A stretch of 64,000 nt of DNA from Kudoa neothunni (Eukaryota; Animalia; Cnidaria), in contig OZ199840.1 in NCBI GenBank assembly GCA_964304625.1, positions 8,829,487 to 8,893,486 on the forward strand. Direction: 5' to 3'. This document shows, piece by piece, positions 12,960-26,139 of the stretch. Each line of letters starts with the position of its first letter. Position 1 is the stretch's first letter. A program made the translations under genes and the position numbers. The notes under the pieces were generated by a model, which worked only from the letters and a program-made list of their open reading frames with translations, was not told the origin of the DNA and did no database searches.

Positions 12960-15214
12960 ACGATATTAGATCATTATTGGTGGGAAAGATTTTGTTAGCG
13001 CAAGACGTAAATCTCTTCTTATTGTAATTTATTGTAATTTATTGATGTTAGGGCGGTTTCCCCCGGCATTTGGAAAATTTCCAATTGCGCTGAATCCATA
13101 TGCTACTAAGCAGGGGTGGTCAAAGATTAATTGATTTATAGAATAAAAATTAATTTTTGACCACCCCTGCTACCAAAAGTATGATAAAGGAAAAGGGATT
13201 AACATTTCTTTAGTTGTAGTGGAGGTAATTGAGTATTTCTCTTCAAACATCATCTGAGTGTCACATATCTATTCCTTTGATGTTATGTCACGCATTTGTG
13301 CATTCATCATGTTATATTTCTATCAATTCTTGTTGATACTGAAATTCGGTTTCGGAAACATCGGTTAGTGGCGGTTGAGTTAGCCACGTAGGAATAATCA
13401 TCTCTTTGAATCGAACAATCTGTTATTAAAGTCTATTAGCACCATGTTTAAATGGTTTGTAATTATTTATAGAACATAACAAGATATTTCACATATAAAA
13501 ATGAACAGAAGGATATCAAGATGAATTTTCGTGGAAAATTTGATCGACGCAATGAATCCAAAAATCTGCATTTATGCATTAGCAAAAGTTATACTTGTTC
13601 CTTGAAGTTTGGATTTTAAAGTGAAACGTCTCTTAATGTTGCCTGCTAGTTAACTCACAAAGGCTTCCCGTCTTTTATGGTCATATAATCCCTCTCAGGT
13701 TTGTCGTCAAAGAATTCACTCACTTGATCAAACAACTCCATAAACCTCCTTAGGCAATTTCTGTTTGATATTCATCTAACTTCATTATAGAACAACAAAT
13801 GAATACGATCGGAATTTTGATCTTTGCAAAATTGCTTGAATAATTTTTCGGCCTTGGGATTTGTTTAAATACATTATAAAACACTTGACCACATTCTGTA
13901 ATATTCCATTAAGAAAAGGAGATAAATTTGTTGTCATTAGATTTTCTCGATGTATGACACTAAGGATTATTATGAACTTTGGATTTTCAAAACATTTATA
14001 AATTTTTTCCCATCATAACGTCATAGCATCATAGCATCATCATAAACAGGAGCGGCACATGACAACAACTTGGCGATCATTATCTTATTTGACACAAAAC
14101 AATTCTTCACTGTAGTGTAGATATCTTTTTCTGTTGTCGTTGTTTCCAAAGATGCGTAAAATAACATCTCTGCATAAAATTGTTCTTTGTCAATGTATCT
14201 TATATAAGACCGAAGAAGAGTTTCGCTGTCTCGAATTTGGGATTCAGTCAGTCGCAATGAAAACTTCCTTGTTGTAATTTTTCAATGAGTTGAATTTTGA
14301 AATTATTAGACGTCTAATCGGTTCGATCAAAGACAGTATTATTGTTAAGTGGCATGGCCTTAATTTCAGTGTCAGTGGTTTGTTAAACGGTCTTTATGAA
14401 AATTGAGATGGCCGGTTTTATCGAATTCTCTCTAACTGTTTGATTCTTTCCGTTTTTTACAATAAGCGGAGAAATTTCGCCCCTTGCCTCCAAAGTATAA
14501 TTAAGTGAAAATTAAGGACCAAACATGGATAAAACTTTTTGTCGATTTTAAAATTACTCTTTACGCGAAACAAAATATTTCATTATTGAGCAAACATTAT
14601 GTCAAACTTCATGGAACTATTACTCAAGCCATGATGGCATATCAAACAACAAATTTTGTGTCAAGATTATCGTTATAATGCGAAAACTCAACAATTCTGG
14701 AGAATAATGGCCTTTTTTCTCTTTCTGTCGTTTTTCATCGTAACAAAAACAGATCTGGACTTTGCGAATAAAAAGAAAACAAGACAAATATTCACAGATC
14801 CATGATGTACGACTGCGATAGTCGGTAGTCGGTGAACATCTGAGTAATACCGACGTGGTGCAAATTCAGTCGATTTTTATATTTTTGAGGTTTAAAATTT
14901 TAAAATTAGATTTATCTTTAATCAAAGAGGGGCTGTAAGCAGTTGTAATATGAAATATTTCGGACTAAATTTTTGATGATACTTTTAGTCTTAATATTTT
15001 ATTTGAATTATGAATTAAAAATGCTGATAATCCTTTAAATATCTATCTTGTTAATTTCCAAAAAAAAATAGTATAACAACAAATGATAAATATTCTACAA
15101 ACACTTATTCCTCATTGATACTTGCATTTCACTAGTGGCGTCCATTCTGCTCCAAAAATTTTTGCGCTCCACCTTGCTTGCTGGAGAGTCTACGCCTCAC
15201 GTTGAGAAACATTG
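12960..15214 (-). mobile_element. Decayed hAT (Buster/Charlie, SCAND3/ZBED-like) transposon with transposase pseudogene
   Basis: Minus-strand remnants: ESQIRDSETLLRSYIRYI..EMLFYASLETTTT.KDIY, SVIHRENL (CxxH region), LFKQFCKDQN..LLFYNEVR*IS..CLRRFMELFD (EVRWLS) and IPFPLSY..YGFSA..DLRLALTK (dimerisation domain). A CAATGTTTCTCAAC terminus lies at 15214-15201, next to a TCCTAGTA target-like site. Confidence 0.8.
13111..13169. mobile_element. 59-bp hAT-type micro-MITE (near-perfect palindrome) with 8-bp TSD
   Basis: CAGGGGTGGTCAAAGATTAATT...AATTAATTTTTGACCACCCCTG, flanked by CTACTAAG (13103-10) and CTACCAAA (13170-77). Confidence 0.8.
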
Positions 15215-15359
15215 TCCTAGTAGGAAAGCGCTTCATTTAACTATTGAACCGAAGGTTGCCTATCAATTGAAAGCGTTGTCGATTTACTATGGTGACAGAT
15301 TCCTTTTTTAGTTAATGAGAATAAATCTGAATATTCTTCGATGAGTTTATTTGTGTTTA

Positions 15360-16721
15360 TAAGGTTCCCCGATCTAACTCGGCACTTACGCAATCAAGAT
15401 CTAGGTTTCCACGCACATTCTCAGTTAACGCTACGCATTGATTTTAAATAAATTTTTGTTAATCTAATTGAATTTAAATATGTACGAAGTTTCAAGTGAC
15501 TCAGACTCAGAGTGTACGGTTTTCAGAGCAATTCGATTGGGTTAGATCGGCATCAAATATGCAACCCAAAATAAACAAAGAAAAATCATCTCTGTCAATT
15601 TAAGAGAGAAAATGTGCAATTTTAGCTTGGATGGAAAAACTGATAGTTATATTGCTTCGGAAATGAGGTTACCGACATCCATGGTTTTGCCGATATTGTC
15701 CAAATTTAGAAGCGCCGACATTCTTGCTCCAAAACCTAGAGGGGAGACAGACTATCACTTCTTTCAATGGATCAGAAAGAAAAAATGATCAGTTTGATTG
15801 AGAAAAAACTCATTAATCTCTTCAAAAGAACTAAAACAAAAGCTTCAGGACGAATTTGGAGTTACCATATCCTTACTACAGTCGATAGGGTAATCGGAGA
15901 GTTCCATTACACTCTCAAGTCTGTGGTAAGGGTTCCTGAAAGGAGGAATTGTTATACAACAATAGAAAAGCGGTTCCGATATGAGGAAATGTTTAGGAAC
16001 TAGAAGTCATTTCAATGCATGGAAGCCTCATATTTTTGGACGAAGTGGGATTTTCTGTGGTTACCCGACCCAAAAGAGGACGCTCATTAAGAGGCAAGTC
16101 AGCTTATTGTTTTGTGCCGGCCGCTAGAAGTAGGAATATTTCTGTGGTTGCTGCAGTCAATAAAAATCACGTAAGTTATAATAAAATACATGATAAGATT
16201 GTAACCGGCGAAGACTTTAAAGTTGCTTGCTTTAATGCTGGAGTTGAAAATTAGCTGTCTTAATAATTGGATCCTGGATTCAATATTTATCATGGATAAC
16301 GCAAAAATCCATCACTACAGAGGTCTTCAGGACATAATTGATGCGGAAAATTTAGTCATAAAATATTTGCCTCCATATTCAGCCTTTCTCAACCCTATTG
16401 ATATCGTTTTTTCTGCCTGGAAAAACTTAGTAATAAGGAAGCAGTGTAAAGACAAGAAAGAGCTGAAATTAGCTATTGTATTGCTAAGTGTTTCGACGAA
16501 ATAGCACACACATTGTGATGGGTTCTAACGAAAAATGCTTGGCTATATCACGAGGTCTTCTCGAAGAGAGGTAATATTAGAATAAATAACAATGATGATA
16601 GTAATTATGATTTTGAATGTTTAAGCTTACATTTTTGCGTGTTATTAAAAGAATGTGTTTGACTTAATTGCAAATTGTCGCGTTTGGTTGCAAAAATACC
16701 GAGTTAGATCGGGAAACCTTA
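15360..16721 (+). mobile_element. Full-length but inactivated IS630/Tc1-mariner (DD34E-spaced) transposon
   Basis: TIRs TAAGGTT(C/T)CCCGATCTAACTCGG at both ends with flanking TA dinucleotides. The transposase is split over ORFs 15767-16003, 16015-16254 and 16223-16504, with IFLDEVGF, IMDNAKIHH and LPPYSAFLNPID (34 aa between the 2nd and 3rd acidic residue; E to D). Confidence 0.9.
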
Positions 16722-17660
16722 TATACACAAATTAATTTTTTGGAGGTCCAATTATCATAATCAGATATACTGCATACGAATGTTTACACGTAATGAGACA
16801 TTGCTGTTTGTTGTTTATTACTTATTGAAAATTTCCCAGTTGTCCCTATGGATTAAGATTAATAAATTTTAAAATCCAGAATATAATTAATTTTGAAAAT
16901 TTATATATATAATAGTCATTGAATGTTGTCTAAATAATTAGTTATGATGAAAGCTTGAGACAATGAGATCCATATTTCACAAAGACAATTCTATATCCAT
17001 TTCATTTTTATTATTATTTCGTCACACTTTTGTGTTTTAATAATATAAAAAATATAAGTGGTTTATGTTATCGAGATTTTTTGAATAATGTTTTAATTAT
17101 CTGTTGTTTTTCATAAAATGACTGTGCTATAGTATATTTTAAGTTCAAAGGAAATATTATATTTTGATGTAACAAAGTATTTATAAAAATTCTAAATTAA
17201 ATGTTAAAATTATTGCAATATTATAATTATTTTAAATTAATTCACAAATAATTATATTATTGAATTTGTTAATGTGAGACATTATTTGGATAAATTGGGG
17301 AGTCATTTTCGTATTAACTCAGTGATTTAAGCGAGTTTGGTTGATAATTTTCGCTTAATCAATTATAATATTTTAATCAGTTGAAAATAGAGTACTCATA
17401 ATAAACTTCCCAACTCTTATTATTCCAATGTGTATGTAATTTCCGTCGAGATGCACAAAGAGTTTTGTTAACATAAAACACGAAAGAATTAGTATTTGAA
17501 TCGAATTCGGATTTTGAATATTTGTTGATGCCCAGGTAATTTAAATTTCTCGCCGAAGTCGAACTTCACACAACAATAGTTAGGTGTTAATCAAACGACC
17601 TCATACCAAACAATAGTAACACTTGAGTGCAAAATAATCAAACCACTGGTCAAGTGATTG

Positions 17661-18386
17661 ATGCCAACTTGGAAAACAATCTGCTGCGATGGTATAAATT
17701 TGTTGTTGAACTGTGGAATAGTAGAAAATTCTGATTATACTGTGTAGTGATCGCAGCACAAGTTCAAGCGATTCAGAATGGGATCGTCTACTACCCCGTA
17801 CGACAAGGTACTTCAAATTTGGTCATAAACTGTGTTGTCAATCGTTGGTAAATACTGGTTATTGAAGGAAAGAAATTTGTAAAAATAAAATTGCTCTCAC
17901 TGAAAATGATTCCTTGATAAATAACAAATAAACAGGTGCGCACCGTCATTCACTTCGTTGTGTGGAGAAATTGGTGTGCCTAGCGATGAATCCAAACAAC
18001 TCACTATTCCTACAAAATTTATGCCACCGGAAAACACTTACAAAGTGGTTCAAAAGCCCAGCCAACCTTCACTCAATCCTGCAATAACTAAACATGTCAT
18101 GTTAGAGTGTGAAAGTCATCAAATCTCATATAATTGTGCTTGCGAACTCCTTGTTTGTAATCCATCGCAAGATTTAAAATCTTGCATTTGTTCCAATGAC
18201 AATTCCACAAAACAGAAAACGCTTACAAAAACCCGTATCAATATTACCACTATTCAGAGTAGCACCATGAGAGAGCAGCTATGTGAGCAATTGCTAAATA
18301 AAGATTTGACCACTACACCACCTACTCCACCACCCACCCCTCAGAATGAAGCAACATCTGAAATAGTAGATTATTCTACTTGTTAG
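17661..18386 (+). CDS. Hypothetical ~190-aa Cys/Pro/Thr-rich protein (3 exons, tentative model)
   Basis: Exons 17661-17691, 17748-17847 and 17936-18386 are phase-consistent (MPTWKTICCD/VIAAQVQAIQNGIVYYP...RW/CAPSF...). The composition is GC-richer and exon-like, but no domain was recognised. Confidence 0.45.
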
Positions 18387-20799
18387 GTATTTGGTATCAT
18401 TTACATTTAGAACAGTGAAAATAACATTACTGACGATAACTTCCTTTCGGTAGATTTGAGGCGTTTGACACTTACATCTGATTCGAACATTCCCAACGCG
18501 GTTTATTCTCAGCATAATTCCATAGAATAAACTCATATTAATGTATTTGTGAAATTTCGAAAAATTTTCTGTTAGAATCTCTCTAGTGCATTATTTTGGA
18601 ATTATTAATTTCTTTTTTTACAACTAATGTTGGGTTGAAATTAATTTTGTAATGATAGTTCATTTGTTGGTGCTTAGCCTAAATTTTTTTAAATCAACCC
18701 ACATTTATTATTTTCTTTCATCTAACCTTAAATTTTAATAATCTGATTCTAGTTTTCATTATAAAATTGTTTTGCTGTAGAAGTATCTTCAACTTTGCGA
18801 CTCTCGACACGAACACAAAGCTATTAGAACCTCTTGTCTGTTATTTTTTATTGTTTTGGATTCACTAATTCGAATATATAATTTGTGTGAATATGTTATT
18901 AAACAATTAATTTTCTCCTAATTTCTCGACACACGTAATCTAAATAAAAGTTAAAAAGCATTTCTGAACTAATTTTTTTATTATAATTTTGATTTAATTG
19001 AATTTTGATTTTTAGCATCTAAATAAAAAAGTTTAAGTTATTATTTTTTTATTTAACTGTTTCTGTCTAGCTTAATAAAAAATATTTATAGAATAATGAA
19101 TAATATTTTTATTCTTTTGAATTCAGGATTTATTGCCGAAATACATCGGAATTTTTAAAAATTTTGCTTGCACCTATATTACGTTAATTATAATATAATT
19201 TATTTTAATTAGATATTAAATGGTGGAACGAGATTACAGAGCATTTTTTCTATTAGTTAATCCCTTTAAAAAACACGAGAAAAAGTGTTTGATCTTTTTT
19301 GTTCACAAATTAAAACACATGGCGCAGCTTACTGTGCTGTGGAGTTCTAGTTGGTCAGGACCTTTCCACGTTATTGTGAGAACTTGATTCATTAAACAAC
19401 TGACTGTCATAGTGACCATTATCCCAAACCTATTTTTTCAAGGGAATTGGCTATGGGTGTTCATAAATATTTTTCATCACCTCTAATAGATATCTGATGA
19501 TTTATACGTTCAATTTTAATCCTTCAAATCAGATGAAACTTCATTACAGATTCTATATACACAATATTGAGCGTACATTCTAATCATAGTTCTCTTTACG
19601 GAGTAGTGAGGTAGTGGTGTGATAGGGTCTCGCTACCTCACAATTCTCGATCCGATGACCAAACACATTATTGCGTATAGTCTGTGTACAATCGTCATCT
19701 ATTTTCAACTTAGTTCTCAAGATGAAAGCAATTCTTATTTCCAAGTTCTACATAGTTTCTAAGACATTTTTCAGTGATATCTCTCGAATGGTACTGGTTA
19801 CTTTCAAATTATCCATCTCTAATAAATATAAAGTCCAACTGATATAAAATAAATTTTTCTGAATATAATTGGTGAATTTTATCCATACCCACTAGATACA
19901 TGAATTTTTAAAAAAATCTCCATTATTCAAATATTTTATCTAATTCTTGCGTTTTGCCGCAATAACTATCTGAGGACAAACATTACCGTAGTGAGAGCTT
20001 AAGCACGGACATTTGACAATCAAACTAGGCAGTTTTTCCTTTTATACGCGTTTTTAAGAAATCTGTCAAAAATAATGAATTATTTTCAAACGAATTTTAA
20101 AAACAATTAAATAAATAACCTAATGACTGAAAATTACTTTTAATAAAATCACGATAGTTTCAATCTTTGAGTACTCGATAAGTTTCGTTCATTTTTATTA
20201 AAAAGTAAATCAATGTTCCTAAATTCTTCTCTCTTACAAGCCCCAAATATTTTCGATGAACTTAACATGGACTTTGTTTTGTTTTAATGGCATAATCCAA
20301 ACATACACATTGATATTCAAACCATTTAGTTTCTATTGTTCACTTTAATGGACAAATTAGAAAAATTTAAAATTATTTATTCAAAAATAAATTAAATTTA
20401 AAAAATTCACGACGCAAAAGAGAAATTTAGATACCAAAAAGTCATTTAAATTATTCATCTAATATCTCCATATTTATAAAAATATTTGTTATGTGGATTA
20501 ATTATGAGTTATTTTCGATATTAGAACACATAATTGACAACTATGAAATCCTTCTCAGTATATATTTTGAGAAATTATTAAAATTCTACCAAAGTATAAA
20601 CAACGACGTGTAATATTTTAAAATCAAAAAATTAATGGAATTTGTTCAATAATTATATATACATTTGTGATTGTTTAAAAATAGAACCTACACAAAAATT
20701 TATTCTTAAAAAAAGCTCCTATAATAATCCAAATATTTTTTCTATATATAACCTCTATTTATTTTTGTTGATTATTATGTTTATTAGAACAACGAGTTA

Positions 20800-21060
20800 A
20801 AGGGATTATTATACAATAGACCACGAATTTAATACAAAAACCTATCCCCTCTACAAACAATAAATATTAAACGAATAATCAGCAGGATTTTGTATTTTCT
20901 TCTTAACAATAAATTCATAGAATACTGACAAAGCAATTGAAGGAGCAACACACATAATTGATTTCGTGACTTTGTTTCTATGGTAATCAGCGTAGAAATC
21001 TAAATCCTCGATAATACACCGTTGTAAACGGTTAATCATTCAAAATGCATAGTCTGCAAC
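20800..21060 (-). pseudogene. Possible PIF/Harbinger (ISL2EU-like) transposase remnant
   Basis: FYADYHRNKVTKSIMCVAPS weakly resembles the YSxYKxxNTxKxxIGxxPxG motif of DDE_Tnp_4 proteins; very degraded. Confidence 0.25.
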
Positions 21061-21736
21061 AGTAGAAATTGTTTTTGACCATTTTTAGTTTTTCTCAAAT
21101 AACCTACTGACTACTCAATAACGTTTTTTCCCGTATTTGTTCAAAATAAATAATAAAACATGGAAATTTTGTAGTAAATATATGATATTTATCGGAAACA
21201 ATAACGCAGGAGTATATTCGAAGTTTTTAATAATTACGCTCAAGTTAAAAAATGCCTAATTACAACGAACGTACGATGATAAAATTAGATACAGATTTTA
21301 TTGGAATTACTCACGAACCTCATCAGGTTACCAAGTTAAGAACCGCTTCTCTATTTCTCTAACCAGAAAAGTCTGCCATCTCATCTCTCATCACCGATTT
21401 TAAAATCTATATCTGACCTCACGTAACAACAATAAATAGAGAAACAGAATAGATGCAGTAGGCAGGGCAGCATTGAAGGCTTACAACTGGCATATACAAC
21501 ATATGAAATCCCCACGATAGGAAAAGATAACGTACAATGAATGAATGAATGAACGAATCACGCACAAATACGCAAAATAAATCGTAAAAAAACAATTATA
21601 GATATAGTTTAAGAAATAGAGAACAAAAGGTTTATGTAATATAATGCTCGTGTATGAATCATAGTAGTGCAAAATCAAAAAAGACCAACAATAAAATCCA
21701 CACCAAATCTAACGAGATACATCATGATGATCACCA

Positions 21737-22372
21737 TCAAATAAGATTGCACTTTCTTTTACGATCTTGTTTTGAGTTGGGCTAGCAAAGAACAGTTACA
21801 AAACAACCTCAACACTGGAAATGGGTATTTACTGCGAGAGCTATTTCGGTTGCAAATTCAAAAACCTCCTTCACATTAATATCTTTGAGGGCGGAAACCT
21901 CAAAGAATTGGGCCGCTTCACACTTTTGAGCCTGCATTGAACCTTCTTGATAGGTCACCATAGTTTTTTCTTTAGTGCCATCGGGAGGAGACACATAGTC
22001 ATCCGGTCTCAGATCCACTTTGGTTCCAATAAGAACCAAGGGTACATTGGGGCAGAAATGTCTCACTTCGGGCATCCATTTCTCCATTACATTATGAAAA
22101 GAATCGAAATCATCCACCGCATAACACATGAAAATCACATCTGTGTCAGGATAGGAGAGTGGCCTCAAACGATCGTAATCTTCCTGTCCAGCAGTATCCC
22201 AAAGGGCGAGCTCAACTTGTGCATATCCAAGATCAACATCACATACGTAATTTTCGAAAACCGTGGGCACATACACTCCAGGAAATTCTTTTTTACTGTA
22301 TTTGATCAACAGGCAAGTTTTACCACAAGCACCATCTCCAACAATAACCAATTTCTTTCTGTGTGTAGTCAT
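21737..22372 (-). CDS. RHOA: RhoA/Rho1 small GTPase (2 coding exons)
   Basis: [50 protein letters not shown], [14 protein letters not shown]. A 51-nt GT-AG intron (21832-21782) leads to the terminal exon [14 protein letters not shown] (polybasic stretch plus CAAX). Confidence 0.97.
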
Positions 22373-23480
22373 TTGATTGTTGTCTAAATTTGATCATGTC
22401 AATCCAAGTGATGCAGCAACAACAACAACAACAACAACTGATCAAAAGTGGATAGATATAATTATTCGAGAGGAGTGTATAAATTCGATAATTGTTAGTT
22501 AATACATTCGAAATTTGGGTGTAATGATGGGGAGTTGTGTGTGAGAGAGAGTTGATCAAACTACACACCTATCGACGAATGATCCATCTGTTGTTGTATT
22601 GACTGGATCTCACTCACAACGAAACCATCATCACACAATCAAGGGTTAACAATCAAAATATCCACCCAATCGGTTGATATATTATAAATGTGAAAGTGTG
22701 GTGGATCCTACTAACACCCACTCATAAACAACCACACACTCAACATCGAGTAAGCTACAATCTGTGGCCATTAGATAGGTGAATGCTAGTAATCAACACA
22801 CCAGCCTCAAACTCGACACGACATTACAGCAGACAATTAGTTACAACCGAATAGGACCACTGTGGTGGAAATCAATGTGAAATACCTTAAAATTTCAAAG
22901 GATCTCGGTTAATTTGAAGATTAAGTTGATTTTACACGACACGCCTAACGATCACAGGATACCGATCTAATACGGTGGCTAATACCTCGTAGTTGTATAT
23001 TTTTATTTCGCGTAGTATACACCTCGCTGTTCGTTGTTGTATGGATTTGGGACGAGTTGGAATTTTTGAACTCGTTCCAATCTATAATTAAACAACTGAA
23101 TAGTTGTCTATTGTGTGGGGATGTTATTGCGGATATTAGTCTAACGTGCGTGCACACGAACAATTACCGCGTTATTGTCTGGAAAAATGGTCGAAATGTG
23201 TGCGCGATAACATAAAATCCACTTATTTAATATACAACAATAGCTAACAAAATAAAACACAATTCAGTTTTATCGCTGAATTACAACCGGCCGATTCGAG
23301 TCCATTGTGAAAATGGATTAGATTTGACACCAATTATTATAAAAATACAAAGTTTCGATTTCATCATCAGTAAAGCCACATTTCCATCAATTACATCGAA
23401 ATTTTTGGTATAATGTCCAGCAGATTTGAATACAGTTGATATAATAGATAAAACAGATGAATGTGTGTGCGTTCAAGTAG

Positions 23481-23630
23481 CTACAAAGCTCGACCTCTCC
23501 GAGACACTCCCAATCTGTCCATATCAACTCTTGTGAACCCATTTCTTTGATATCTTCGAACAATCGGCATTATAAAAACCATATAAATAAATGCTATTAT
23601 CGGCCAAAGTATGCAGGTTATACAGACCAT
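23481..23630 (-). CDS. UPF0729 / C18orf32-like 49-aa membrane microprotein
   Basis: MVCITCILWPIIAFIYMVFIMPIVRRY... matches the family N-terminus [22 protein letters not shown]. It is below the ORF-track length cutoff. Confidence 0.7.
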   Translation of the reverse strand: MVCITCILWPIIAFIYMVFIMPIVRRYQRNGFTRVDMDRLGVSRRGRAL

Positions 23631-24680
23631 CCTACAACCAACTCAAATCTCGTCGGATTGGTATTGTACGGATATAATACGATTCGGCTATAGTCGGCAA
23701 TTTCGAATCATTCATATTCACATGGATTAGTATTATTACTTGGGTGTTCAGTATTCGCAGAGCAGTTGACAACAAAATACAACAATAATACTGCTTCTGA
23801 TAAGTTTTGAGTGTGCTTTTCATTATCGATGTGCGTGGTCATTTCGTTGGATCAATGTGAAGATGTTTTGTAATTTCGAAGTTAATCGAACATTCATTTT
23901 TTGAGAAAATAATTTTTGGGGTTTTTTTAATGATGAGTATTCTGTTATGTATGATCTATTATTTGATTGGAGAATATCTCGCGATTGTGCACATTATACA
24001 AATTCTGAGTGTAACTCATTTAATTGAGATGCGGTAATAGTGTTTTTGTAGGGGTGAAACTAGTTGAATTTTAAAATACAATTTTTAATCTCGCTAACTC
24101 CCATTTGTAGTTGATAGTTGATCGATGAAATTTATTTTTTAAAATCTACTGTATTTAATTATTTTTTTAACCCTGGAAGTGGTAGCATTAGGACACAACT
24201 CAATATTGTGTATAATATTTTTAAAAATTCCAGTAAATATGTAAAGCTAATAAGAGTGTATTACATTGGTATATGTTTGAGTGTTTGAGCTCATTTCATT
24301 ATAGAGTTGTTTATTTTATCTTTTTTGAGAGTAATGAATTTTTAGCATGTATTTATTAGATTATATTATTTACATATGTGTAATTCAAAGTTTTCTTTTT
24401 TTACTATTAAAAAATTTTTAATAAGTAGTTATAAAATATTTGAATAAAAAATTACATTATTTTATTAATTCGTTGTGTTTATATAAAGTTGTAATATTTC
24501 TAAGAGTTGTTTTATCATTGATTTATTGACTTTGTTAAATTTTTTGTTTTTAGTTTTTAATGATGTTTGAGTTATTTTGTATTTTCTTTTGAATCATCGG
24601 TAAATAATTATTATCTAAACAAATACAATTAAGATTATTCGATCTGTATGCAAAAATGCAGAAGTTATTGGCACGTAAAT

Positions 24681-24840
24681 TTCAATCCTTATCATATGTG
24701 CGCGTGCGCCGTGGGAATTTTTAATCACAGCAACCCTTATTCACAAGCTGTTCACAGATTAAAATAATTAAATATAGTCAAGACTAGCGACACCTGAATA
24801 TTATTTACCATACCAATAATAGCCACTTCCATAAAAAAAC
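24681..24840 (+). other. Reference copy of the dispersed GC-core/TTATTCACA module (other copies ~1.56, 3.7, 11.0, 34.5, 41.0, 54.5, 60.2 kb)
   Basis: AATCC..TGCGCGTGCGCC..TTTTAATCAC..TTATTCACAAGCTGTTCACAG..CACCTGAATATTATTTACCAT aligns by eye with 11000-11150 and 54517-54690. Confidence 0.65.
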
Positions 24841-26139
24841 TTAATTATGAGCGATTATACTTTTTTTAAAATATAGACAGACTAAAAATACGTAATTGCT
24901 CATTCAGTAATTTTAATTAAAGTTTTGTAATAATTAAATAGTTTTATACAAATGTTATATATGTTACACGAAATTATTAAATAAATTAGTTGTGAAATTC
25001 ACTACGTAAAGAAATTTTAGTAGTTTCTTTTAATTGGATAATATCGCTCTAGGGTGATAATTGACTCGAAAGGAGTTATTTATTCTTTCTAACTGATGTC
25101 TTATTAACTTTTAGTATCATTTTTATATAACATAAATATTTTCGCATTAGAATATCCAATAGTTGAAGCCACTGAATTAAAATTGAAATAAAATTTGACT
25201 TACTAATCCCAATGAGGAGATTAAATATTATGGTACGTTAATTATCACTATGAACCACGTCAGATAATTAAACAAACGTTTTTTGTTGCCAACCTGATTA
25301 GTGATATATTAAATTTTAATTGTTAATTATTAAGGATATTTAATTAATTTATTATTATCATTATTATTATTATTATTACGAAAATATTACTTAATTATTT
25401 TAGTTAATTTGTCAATTAACACAATATAATTTAATAATACATTTTATAAAAAGGATCACATTATTTTTTTATAATGTATATAAATAACGATTCAAAGTTT
25501 TAAATTATAAGAGATTTTAATGTTAATTCCTTTTTTCAAAAAACTAATTAATTTTCTTAGTATATAGCTGATTACAATTTATTTGAACCCCATGAATAAA
25601 CCAATCCTTCTATAATACCTTTGAAACACACATTTTTAAATATCAAATGAGAAGTATAATCATTTTTGTATTATGAGCTTTTTTATGACGGAAATTGTAT
25701 TAACTTTGTTATAGCAAGATTCTACGATTAAATCAAGATATGTTTCATTGATTCGATATAATCCTTTAAGCGAAACAAAATTATTTACTCCATCAAAAGT
25801 AAATTATTTCAATTGGTTCAAATCTCTCCGCTGTTCACGCAGCGGCAAAATAAATAAATGTTATTAATTGTTCTTAGTAATTTCAAAAATTTTGTCATAA
25901 TCTATTCCACAAGATCATTCAAAAAACAACTCCCATATTATATATAGAAACAATATTTAAGCGTTAAATTAAATAAAAATCAAAAAATTTTCAAATAAAC
26001 ACACAATAACAGTATACAAATATATAAATAATAGATTAATTGCTAGCGCCAAATAAAATTTGATACCAAAGAATTGAAAATCAGTAATTAATATTATAAG
26101 AAGGATAAATTATGTCTAAAAGTTAAATTCTTAGGGAGA

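Noticed and set aside
17748-17800. Resemblance of IAAQVQAIQNGIVYYP to the DDIAS/OB-fold N-terminus
   Set aside because: The following CxxC motif is absent and the similarity is too short to support.
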